Below are positions 13,990 through 24,804 of a DNA stretch of 64,000 bases, piece by piece. How positions within the stretch are numbered: the first letter of the stretch is position 1; every line of letters begins with the position of its first letter. Under the pieces are notes generated by a model. It saw nothing but the letters and a program-made list of their open reading frames with translations, ran no database searches and was not told the DNA's origin. This DNA comes from Selaginella moellendorffii (Eukaryota; Plantae; Lycopodiophyta). The stretch covers positions 158,256 through 222,255 of the forward strand of contig NW_003314423.1 in NCBI RefSeq assembly GCF_000143415.4. The letters are read 5' to 3'. A program made the translations under genes and the position numbers.

Positions 13990-14442
13990 ATGTCTATGGG
14001 TTCTAGTATTGGTAATTTTAACTCTCACAATCTTTCTTCCCAGGGTTCAAGGGCTAGGAGATGCAATAACTATCCCATTGCACAGCATAACCAAATCACA
14101 CAAGAGAATGAAAGAGAGGATAGTGAGAATAATGATCATGAGTTGGAGATAAATGCAATGACAAAAGGTGCAACAAATTGGGTGAAAAAGAATGCCCTCT
14201 TACTTGTTTTAGAAAAGTGCAATTCTGCCACTTTCAAGAAGTGCCCCATATGTTTTCTAGCATCAGGTGGAAACAATGGCAATGATCAGTATGATGGTAT
14301 ATATGCTCTTGCGACACACTGCAACATCACGCACCCAAAAGACTACCATGAAATCTTTTTTGAGATGGTAAAGACAAAAATGAAGACACACGAGTACTAT
14401 GGGCAGTATTGCGAGAAGAACACTCGGAAGCATATAAAATGA
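13990..14442 (+). CDS. small zf-XS-like zinc-finger protein (left-end cargo gene)
   Basis: CPICFLASGGNNGNDQYDGIYALATHC...YHEIFFEMV, matching the C-x2-C...H...H pattern of SGS3/IDN2 zf-XS. Conserved in copy C at 35098-35544. Confidence 0.6.
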   Translation: MSMGSSIGNFNSHNLSSQGSRARRCNNYPIAQHNQITQENEREDSENNDHELEINAMTKGATNWVKKNALLLVLEKCNSATFKKCPICFLASGGNNGNDQYDGIYALATHCNITHPKDYHEIFFEMVKTKMKTHEYYGQYCEKNTRKHIK

Positions 14443-14533
14443 AAAGTGAAATGAAAAAGCACATTTTTATTAATTATATAAAGTATAATAAGTTTTATTG
14501 ATAGAGAATAAACATCGATAGTGTTGGAGAAAT

Positions 14534-17500
14534 CTAATTAGCTCCAAAAGTTTTTTGTAACTCGGCAATAGTAAGGCTTGCTTAGTGTATATGAATATCC
14601 ACTTTAGGATCCTGGTGCAAGATGTTAATGAAGATGTAGTACATATGCTTGCAAGGAGCATATGCCTTCCCATATTCCTCACGCTTCGTAAAGTCTGGAC
14701 ATGTGCAAGAAGGAAAGTCGTGAATGGCAATTGTGTACTCTCCACCTTCTGTTTTGACTGTGTACTCCTTTGCAAGCGCAGTGATGTACTTCGTGGAGAG
14801 AATTTCACACTCAAGTGTTTGAGCCAAGTTTATTTTACCTTGCTTCTGCTTGGAGACGGTACCAATAAATTTAACTACCTTACCTTTTTGTGTTGGCCTC
14901 CTGTGCATCTTTGTAGGAATAGTCTTGCTCCTGTCACTCATGTCTCCAACTCTCCTCTCAAGATTAAAACCAGATTTCTCAAGGTTTTCAATCTCATTCG
15001 AGGTGAGCACGACCCCATTAGCAACCGGCCATTCTTTAGGTACTACATCAGGTTTAGTCACTATGGTGTCTTCAAGCCGCTTCATATGGTTGGCATCGGT
15101 GTTGCAACAATATAGCCAGCACCATCTTGAAAATCCTACTTGCTTTCGTTCCTCATAGAAATATGGGGCTGGAACAGAAGCAAATTTTTCACCACGAATC
15201 CAGGCCCAACACTTGCCTCTCGGAAGCATCCCCACACACCTTACATTCGATTTTGCTGGCACACGTCGGATTGCCCATTGCTTTGGCTCCACGCTACGGT
15301 AAGCAATTTCAACCTGTTGCGATGCACTCTCTTCATCAGCCACTTGAGGTGGCTTGGTCCGAGAGTGGTGTCTTGGAGCAGAATGGTACTCGACATTAGG
15401 CCTGTGAGAGCTTTTTGCTCCAAGGTCCGTACCAACATCTTCCCCAGCAAAGGAAAAACGATGCTTTGAGCGGACAACCTTCATATCACCAATAGAAGCT
15501 CGGGGAGTGTACTCCATAGATGTGCCAAGGACCACTTCCTCAACTGTAGTTGCCACCGTTCGGGCAGGTGGAGTTAATTTTCTCTTCATCCTATCATGTA
15601 ACATCTCAATAGAAGGCCCTGTTCCCATGTATCTTCCTTCCTCAAATGCTAGTGCTTTTGAAGATTGCTCTATAGCACGTATCAAATCTGATAGACAAGC
15701 TTCGTATAGACTCATCTTCCCTTTCCCTACCTCAGAGGAACGCCAACTCCAATGCTTACTTTCGGAGAGATTCACAGTTGGGGTGTATGCAAGGTCCTCA
15801 AGTGGTTGATCCTAATGGAAAAAGCAATATTAAAAGGTAATAAAAGGAGAAGAAAAAATATAAACCAACCTGAAAAGAGTGATGTCCCCATTGGAACATC
15901 CTAACTTCCCACCATCCTAACCATGACTCAAGTTGTGGTAGACAGCTTACGTCTGTATGGCCATCTTCACGCCACCACATTCAGATCTCGTTTGCTTTTG
16001 CCTTATGCTCTTCTTCAGAAGGTGCAACCTACCATTGTTTGCACAACTCCTTAAATATTGATTGAAACTCTGGCTTAATAAGGTGGCAGTGTTGGTTTAA
16101 GCTTTGAGCCCAATGGAACTCACAAGTTCTCTCACGACCTTCCAATGGTTGACCATTCCCAAAAACTACTCGGATACCATTCCAGTTTGCACCAGCCTTA
16201 TCTGCCATGAAACCATGAAAGTTTGCAGGCTTACCAGTCCGCTTTAGGACAATATCAGAGAGGGACTTCCAAAATATTTCCTGTGTTGTCTAGTCTTGTA
16301 CTTTAAACTCTACTGTTGCAATTGTTAAGTTACCACGTAACCAATAAAAACATAAATATTATAACAATTTCAATATAATGAGAATAAAAATTACCTTGGA
16401 TCATACACATGAGCTCCCATGGTTGTCCAACCAAATACACGCTCCATATGGTCAAAATGTACCCATGCATTAGCAAGGTCACTAGACCCAAACATGTCCA
16501 TTCGGGAAACAAGATCTACGCCAGAGACAAGGCCTATGGTAGACGTTTTGAAGATGAAGGGGCGTTCTTGCTCATTCACAACTTGGTCTGGAAACAANNN
16601 NNNNNNNNNNNNNNNNNNNNNNNNNNNNNNNNNNNNNNNNNNNNNNNNNNNNNNNNNNNNNNNNNNNNNNNNNNNNNNNNNNNNNNNNNNNNNNNNNNNN
16701 NNNNNNNNNNNNNNNNNNNNNNNNNNNNNNNNNNNNNNNNNNNNNNNNNNNNNNNNNNNNNNNNNNNNNNNNNNNNNNNNNNNNNNNNNNNNNNNNNNNN
16801 NNNNNNNNNNNNNNNNNNNNNNNNNNNNNNNNNNNNNNNNNNNNNNNNNNNNNNNNNNNNNNNNNNNNNNNNNNNNNNNNNNNNNNNNNNNNNNNNNNNN
16901 NNNNNNNNNNNNNNNNNNNNNNNNNNNNNNNNNNNNNNNNNNNNNNNNNNNNNNNNNNNNNNNNNNNNNNNNNNNNNNNNNNNNNNNNNNNNNNNNNNNN
17001 NNNNNNNNNNNNNNNNNNNNNNNNNNNNNNNNNNNNNNNNNNNNNNNNNNNNNNNNNNNNNNNNNNNNNNNNNNNNNNNNNNNNNNNNNNNNNNNNNNNN
17101 NNNNNNNNNNNNNNNNNNNNNNNNNNNNNNNNNNNNNNNNNNNNNNNNNNNNNNNNNNNNNNNNNNNNNNNNNNNNNNNNNNNNAGCGGTCTCGATTGCA
17201 TGCTTCATCCCACAATCTAAATGCCCGCCACAATGAACTATAGACACTGTGCCTTCAAAATGTTAGAAGTGTGTGGTCTTGATTTTGCACCAATTGTGGA
17301 CATCCTGCTTGGTTTCCATCCCCTTCCGTTTGGAACTTGTGTTGTTGACAAGAGGTGGTAGCTCGAAGAAAATGTTGCCATTGTAGGAGGATGGAAGCTC
17401 ACTCACAAGCCTATACAAAAACAAGTGCACGTCGATTGAGAGGCGTGAAAACTAGAAAGCATTGCTAACGGCTTTGAATATTGCTAAAGTTGGAGCTGGA

Positions 17501-17877
17501 GCTGGAGCTGATGAATTTGGTGCCGACACTAGCATGACATCTCCACTTGAACTAGAAGAGGACAAGAGGATAACGATTGACTCTTGCTTCACATTCACTT
17601 TGGCTGAAACGCATTTTGGCATTTTGACTGGAGATCCGAACACTCGAATCTCCTTCAACTTGGAATTTTGTAAATCCCATTGTTGTCCACCCTCGCCCAC
17701 ACCAAAAAGAAGAAACTCCGAGTATGCAATTATACCGGTGTCATTGCGGATCACAGCCTCTAAAGAAATAGAGGCAAGACGAAGATCAAAACGCCGACAT
17801 AAAAAAATTTCAAAAACAATACTCTGAGAGAATGAAAGAGGTGGGTGATCTCGAAAATGAAGAAGAAACCTCTCCAT
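14534..17877 (-). pseudogene. MULE transposase with C-terminal SWIM finger, copy B
   Basis: CTCPDF...PCKHMY SWIM motif in ORF 14582-15775. FMADKAG...RTCEFHW core at about 16110-16220. WVHFDHMERV exon. Short introns, a few stops, and an N gap at 16598-17185. Confidence 0.85.
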
Positions 17878-18774
17878 CTTTCTTAATAGGTTTTGGAGTT
17901 TTCTCTCTTTATGCTACTTATAAAAATCTATAGTGAAACATAATTGAAATTTAAATAGAGTACTAAGAAGACAATTTACAAAATGAATTTAAATTCTATA
18001 GCAAATTCAACATGTGTAAGTGTGACAGTATTAATATTACTGTCATCTATTATGATGTCTGATGCATGTATACACATAGATCCAAGGAAAGATTTTCAGC
18101 ATGTGAAGTTTGATAGTTAATAATGATACCAATAATGACATTCTGCTATAACGTGTCAAACCAAGAGATCCAATCTAACTATTAGCACGTGTGATATGTC
18201 AAGTTGTCAAATTTTAAGTGGTAGATGATAATAAATCTTGTCAAATCTTATTCTTCAATGACAGATTTGATTCATAGTACAACTCAAGTTTTATCCATAA
18301 TTGTGAACACTGCTCAATGACATTTAAAGCACGTGCCTATTGTTTAGGATCTAATACAACATAAAATAAATTTCTGGATGAGGATTCATCCATTCATAGA
18401 TGGATATAGTATAACATATTTTAACGTGGCTTATTTATACTCTTTGAAGTTCTTGTAACGATTCCAAAATATGTACAAAATATTGATGAGAATGCATCCT
18501 TTCTAGATAATTTGTAAAATATAATATCATATCTCTAAACAGAAACGTTGATAGGTGCTAGTTATACCATCATTAAAATATACAAAATAAAGAAGCATAA
18601 TTTACATATAATAATAATGATAAGATAAAATAAGATCAAAGATATTATGATAGTTGAAATTTAGGTTATTCGGAATGAACGGCCAGGATTAGAGATTGGT
18701 TAGGGTTAGGGCAGCCGTCAGGATTACGGTTAGGGTAGCCGCCAAGATTAGGTTACTGTTCGCACCGTGAATGG

Positions 18775-19010
18775 AGCGCGCGAGAGATCGAGAGATTGAG
18801 TGCGAAGGAGATTGAGGGATTGAGCGCGAAGGAGATCGAGGGATTGAGCGCGAAGGAGATCGAGCGATTGAGCGCGCAAGAGATCGAAAGATTGAGCACA
18901 TGAGCGGGAGAGATTGAGCACGTGAGTGGGAGAGTTTGAGCGTGCGAGCCGGAGAGATTTAGCGCGCAAGCAGGAGAGATTGAGTGCGCGAGCGGGAGAG
19001 ATTGAGCGCA
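18775..19010. repeat. ~22-bp tandem repeat (GAGATTGAGCGCGAAGGAGATC-like) in the 5' region of the ParB-MTase gene
   Basis: About 10 degenerate units immediately upstream of the ATG at 19040 and downstream of TTAGGG motifs at about 18700-18735. Confidence 0.8.
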
Positions 19011-19039
19011 CAAGAAATCTAGAAATCGGGGGAGGAAAG

Positions 19040-22000
19040 ATGCCACCAAGGGTGAGTTTCAATTTGATTGCTTCCACTTCCATTTTTTGATTCCATTGCT
19101 TCCCTTTTTTTTTCCTAATTGCTTCTTTGCTGGCCGAGGTCAAGCTCGGGCCAGCCACCTCGGGCAGTTTTGCTCGCCGAGGGGCCGAGGTTATTTGAAT
19201 AACCTCGGCCCCTCGGCAAGCAAAATTGCCCAAGGTCGAGCTCAGGCTGGCCACCTCGAGCAGTTTTGCTCGCTGAGGGGCCGAGGTTATTTGAATAACC
19301 TTGGCCCCTCGGCAAGCAAAATTGCCCGAGGTCAAGCTCGGGCTGGCCACCTCGGGCAGTTTTGCTTGCTGAGGGGCCGAGGTTATTTGAATAAGCTCGG
19401 CCCCTTGGGCAACCAAAGTGCCCGAGGTGGAGTCTAGGCCCACTTGATTTTCTTTTCTCTTTGACTGTTTGAATTTCTCATTATCTTTATTTAGTTTGAC
19501 TAACAAATTTTTTTCTCTTGCAAAAAAGGAAAATTGTAACACATAAAAAGGTTGTTGGAGCCAAGAAGACACGAGAAGTTCAATTTGACACTGACGACAA
19601 CATCACAATCGACATGTCCATTGGCACAACAGAGACACATTTAGTTAGAGATTCACCAGCTCTACCACTATCACCTCCACCATCACCACCTCCACCACTG
19701 CCATCGCCACCTCCACCACCTCCATCACCACCTCCACCACCTCCGCCGCCACTGCCACCACCACCATTGCCATAACCACTGCCACTATTGCCTCTGCCCC
19801 TGCCACCACTGCCACCACCACCAATGCAAATCCTTGAAGTTGGGCAATCTAGTGGTGTTCACGATAGGGAACCTAAGGAACAGCCTAGAGCTGAAAGAGT
19901 TGCAGACCTTCCTGACAATGTGGTGGACAAACGCTTCCAAGAGACTGTTATGCAGACAAGGGAAAAAGCAGTTCACCAAACACTTGAGGCGCTCAAGTGG
20001 CCAGGCCCTTGTGACTTGATCAGAGAAATCCCCTTTTGCCATTTGCAGCAGACAAACCTTGTCCGCATAGCATCCAAGTATGTCAACCCGGATATATATA
20101 ACTTGTTCAAACACAATGGCCTTGCAACAAGTATCAGTATGTTTCTAGTCTCTTTTTGCAAGCCAGGAACAACGGAGATCATTACTGTCACACCAAGATT
20201 GTGAATAGCTGGGATCCTATTTGGAGGAGGAAGTCCCTAGAATTTGATGACATGCTTATCAGACATCCTGAGACTCGATAGCTTGCGGGGACAATGTTCC
20301 AAATTATTGATGGTAACCACCGATATGGAGCTTGGATGAAGTATATCGACGATCATTTTCGCGATGATCCCGTGTACCATATCAACGTTCCAGTCGGCCA
20401 TGTCTACGCGAGGGGACCTTTGGATGTCAACAGACTTATCTTGGCTCGCCAAAAGATCAATGCGTAAGTTTTATAATTTTACCTCTAACTCCACTTTAAC
20501 TTGTTTTGTTGTGTTTAAATGTAGGCTTGGGCAGTTCGCTGTTCAAAAACAAAACCTTGTCCATGACATCGAATAACTTCGATTTTTGGCAGACTTGAGT
20601 GAGGATGACATCCGCCAACATTATGGTGATGATCTCGCAACACTTGTTCGGCACTCACGCACTCGAAATGACAGTACAACTTGGTTCAACAACCCAGTTA
20701 GTTTTATGCTCGCTGTGTGGTGTAAGGTATGTCTTTCCCTTTTATTTTATAAAAGCCTCTTTTAATTGTTTTGGTTTTTAGCCTTTGGTGAAGGTCAAGC
20801 AGGATGCTTACGAACTTGCATATCTGGAGAAGAGTCGGGAAGAGCTCTCAGCTGAGTTCGTACAAATTAAGCACAAAATTCAACATGCAAAGTCCTCAAA
20901 GTTGAAGAAACTAGTATGCATTGCAGACAATCGCAGGCCGAAGGAGTGGTTAGAGACTATAGCCGAAATTTCTTCTCATGAATGTAAGTTTCTTATCACA
21001 CTTCATTTTTCTTAATTATGCATATGTTACTTTTGCAGTGAACAAAACTCCAAATGACATGATTTACAATATCGCAAAATCGAAGCTTCCATATAAGCAA
21101 CAGATAGAAACTCTAGAGTTCCCCAATGTCTGCTTGATGAATAGAGAGAAAGGACTACCAAAACTATTTGAGAACATGATGAGAAGGGCTGTTTACATCA
21201 CGCAAACTATAAGTGAAGGTGAGAAGTTCTTGGCACCACACATTGGTGACAATCCAGATGGCACATTCATGTCTTTCGACACCTACATCAATACGTCATT
21301 GGAAGGGATCGAAGAGGGGTGGCTGCCAGAGAAGTCTACAAGCACAATAACTTATGATTGCCAACATGGTCAACCTTATTTCATGCGACATGCAGCTTAT
21401 AGGTATAATATGATTTCTAAGATTGTTTTTTAATATATATTGTTTACAGGTATCTTCGATATAGAGGCATGCCATTTGAGGCACCAGTTTGCACTCGACT
21501 TGTTGCAAAGGGTGTAAAGGATGGAGAAATGTACCCAACAATGTTTGCGAGAGTTCCAAAGGCACGGAAGATAGAATGCCCTTGGGAGTTGGAGCTCCTA
21601 GGGAAGGAGACCTCTACATTAGATCGCGAGGAAATTATCAATGCTAGCAACGATGGCAATGCAAGTGACGATGGAGACGAGGATGAGGAAGCTCCAGATC
21701 AAGTTCGTGTTCCACCACCAGACAGTCAGGAACAGGCTCCAATTCAACCATCAAACAACCAAGATCCGGATCAAGTTCTACCAATAAATAACGATGATCA
21801 AGTGGTTCACAGAATATCACATCGACTTCGAGGTAAGCAAAAGTGAATTCTACAAACTAAAGGTGGTAATACATGTTTTTTGCAGCAATGATTGTTGGTA
21901 GTAATTTCATTCCAGCTTGACGAGATGCTTGTGAAGAGGAGTTGGAGGAACTCTCATCGACAACATGCCATATGACGGTATCATACTATTTATTACTTTT

Positions 22001-22887
22001 TTCATTCACTTAGCTCTTTTATAGGTCCGTCCTGTGTCCCCAATAACACAACGAGGCATTGTGGGTATCTTCATTGGCTTTTACAGTAGATTATTGACAT
22101 CTTTCACGAAAGACGACATCAACATGGATATACACCGCCTGTTCAACCGTTGGTGCCGAAAGATACAAAGGCCCATGTTCCCAGTTGCGGACTTCATTCT
22201 TTTCAACTTTCCAGATGGTCTTTCAGATATCGATGGGAAAGTTGAGGATTGGAACTTTCTCACACCTAACCACTTGCGCGATGCATTCCTATTGTCCGAA
22301 GCACTTATGCTCGAAGCTGGCCATGTTGTCTTCATCCTACCGAACGACCCCAATTGGATGTATGAGCTTATGACGTGCGCAGCAAAAGTTCATTTCAAGT
22401 CATTCTCTTCCGGGTGCATCATGGATCCTATTGGCGTTGATACGAGGGGCGTCCAAGGGAAGTCTGAAAAGGTGAGTATGTATTTTATATTTTTATCTAA
22501 TTTCTAAACATTTTTATTTTCCAGGTTATGATGTGGACCTATCATGCCTTCTGCAGAAACACACATGATGGGTTTCGTGATAGCGAATGTGCAGCACGTG
22601 TTTTGCTTGGGTACAACAGTTCCACTAACATCATACCCAACCTTGTGGATGAGCAAATCCGCAACACGTTTCCAGGGTATCGATTCTGAACTCCATCAGC
22701 AATGCAAATCTTGCTTGAGCTCTATTGCCCACCAAATGGTGTTGTGATTGATTGCACAGTAGGTAGCGGTTCTATGGTGGAGGCAGCACGTGACTCTGGT
22801 AGGTCGGTGTTTGCCATTGAAGAACATCATTTCTTCAAACACCGGCTCAAAGGATTTCGTGAGTTGCCTTCAACCTCAAGGAGGTAA
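19040..22887 (+). pseudogene. spliced ParB/Srx-like + beta-class N4/N6 DNA methyltransferase-like gene, copy B (most complete)
   Basis: ATG micro-exon, then a Pro-rich tract, then MFQIIDGNHRYGAW (ParB/Srx motif, about 20295-20340). Later exons: DFILFNFPDG (motif IV position), PSAMQILLELY (motif X) and VVIDCTVGSGSMVEAARDSGRSVFAIE (motif I). Seven or more GT-AG introns, mostly 47-60 nt. A few stops and frameshifts. Confidence 0.8.
19133..19428. repeat. 3 x 96-bp tandem repeat, each unit a long hairpin, in predicted intron 1
   Basis: GAGGT/AAGGT register ends at 19140, 19236, 19332 and 19428. Each unit contains TTTTGCYYGCCGAGGGGCCGAGGTTATT-TG-AATAACCTCGGCCCCTCGGCAAGCAAAA. Confidence 0.9.
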
Positions 22888-23396
22888 ATTATGTTTATTA
22901 AAATTTCAATATATATTTCATTCTATTTTATAGATCACAGTCACTTGGAGTTTCTAGAATTGAAGGCTTTGGAAGTCTCCCTGACTATGCAGAAGCCATG
23001 GCTCAACATATGCAAGGTGAATCTTCCCCACAATACCAATATAGGAGGAAGTATAAAAGAAATCATTATGTTGATGATGAGGCAAAAGAAAGTTAATTGC
23101 ATCCTTACATAAAATGGAAAGCTTGTTATATGTTAAATGTCAGTGAAAGTGTCAGATGTCAGTAAAATTGTCAGATGTCAATGTTAGTGTCAGATACCAT
23201 AATTATAGATTATCATTCTCACCTATCACCATTACTTTGTAGCACTTGTGTGTTGCCATCTCCTCCTTCAACATTTTGTAAACAATTGTATGTGATATGA
23301 TAGCACCTTCTAGAACAAGGTATGTTACCTACAACTAATATCATTTTATTATATTAATAGTGACAATACTATAGTATAGTAAAGTAATTCTAGATC

Positions 23397-23942
23397 TTAC
23401 ATTCCACTATAGGGTGGCCTAAAAACCCCATATTTTGCACTAGCCAATGCAGTGTTTCCCAAGGGGATGTTGTTCCTCACCATGAAGTGATAGTGGGTAT
23501 GTGTCTGTAACTCATTCTTGAATCTATTGTACATCCACACGTGCACATTTTCCAGACCTGCCGTTAGGCAATTCTTACAGTGCTCAAGAAAAGTTTGTAA
23601 ACCCATAGAGCCATTTGTCTTGTCCAAGAAAAAGTAGCATATTGGACACCGAATGTAATAGTGTTCTGTGCTTTCAAGTAATCCTGCCATGTCAGGAGCA
23701 AGATCTTGCAAAAACATGTGGCATTGCTCTTGAAGCGCTGGAGGCAATCCCTCTCTAGTCGCAAGATCCGAAATTTCACATATAGGGAGCTCTAATTTAG
23801 CTTCACTAGAGCCCTCAACAGAAAAAGGATTGTTATGTGGAGGTGAAGGTGGAATGTTGGTAGAACTTGGGGATGGAGGTGGAGATTGATATGAAATGCT
23901 GGGGGGCCAAGTACAATTAGCAATGAGTCTCCTTTGAGCCAT
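23397..23942 (-). CDS. 181-aa protein with Pro/Ser-rich N-terminus and zf-XS-like zinc finger
   Basis: Intact ORF containing RCPICYFFLDKTNGSMGLQTFLEHCKNC...VHVWMYNRFKNEL. Homologs at 4651, 59062 and 59866. Confidence 0.7.
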   Translation of the reverse strand: MAQRRLIANCTWPPSISYQSPPPSPSSTNIPPSPPHNNPFSVEGSSEAKLELPICEISDLATREGLPPALQEQCHMFLQDLAPDMAGLLESTEHYYIRCPICYFFLDKTNGSMGLQTFLEHCKNCLTAGLENVHVWMYNRFKNELQTHTHYHFMVRNNIPLGNTALASAKYGVFRPPYSGM

Positions 23943-24555
23943 TTCAATATAAATTTCTAAGGAGCTCAAGGAGAACAAAAAACCTACAATGACTATAACT
24001 TTTTTAGATAGTTTATATACTAAGTTTTAGTCTTGGGAATGAGGTTTATTTATTATGACACTGACAATACTCAGATTCTTTAAATGTCAGTCTTGGAAAT
24101 GGGGCTTCATAATCATAACTTTCTTGTAAACATAAGAGCTTCTAGAATTTTAGATTATCGTATATACACATGCTCTATCATTATGATGAATCCTACTTTG
24201 CTACACATATATTCTTTTCTACACATGCCAAATGTTTAGGGAAATAAATTGCAAGGAAATATAGACCACATTATAGTGGTAGAGCACGTTGGCACGCTAC
24301 CATTCTCTCATGTGAGATTGCCTTTCAGTCTTGGAAATGTAGATAAAGTTGATTCTTTGATGTGATATTACTTTTTAGTCTTTCGAAAGATTTTGATTTC
24401 TTTTATCATTATTTACAAACAATTCCCAAAAACTTTTAATGAGGATTCACTGCAAAATATACCTTGGTCTTATCATATAAGAGGATTGTGATATAGGCAA
24501 GCAATAGAGTTTTTAATATGAATTAATATGTAAATTACAAATGTCATGGAAAGTT

Positions 24556-24804
24556 TTATGGAGTAGATTTCTTGGTGCTTTCCGCTGTGCTGTTCATTTC
24601 TTCATTTCTCTTACTCTGGACTATTGTTTCAAAAGTAACAGGAGCATTTTTATCAATCGTGATAGTGGTCTCCACATTTCTAGATAGGTAATAAGGACCA
24701 GGAGTGTAATATGGAGATTGTGGTAGTGAAATAAAATTAACATTCTCACATTCCTTTGCACTACAACTCTTACTCACAGATCTTGTATTTTCCTTGTTTC
24801 TCAT
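24556..24804 (-). CDS. 82-aa 'SPYYTPG' peptide gene, copy B
   Basis: FISLPQSPYYTPGPYY...NAPVTFET...STAESTKK. Frame conserved across the MULE copies and in the Sola-like element (46456-46713). Confidence 0.6.
   Translation of the reverse strand: MRNKENTRSVSKSCSAKECENVNFISLPQSPYYTPGPYYLSRNVETTITIDKNAPVTFETIVQSKRNEEMNSTAESTKKSTP

Noticed and set aside
19040-22887. Bacterial or phage contamination as the source of the ParB-MTase gene
   Set aside because: The gene has conserved GT-AG introns and lies inside a TSD-flanked element nested in plant retrotransposons.
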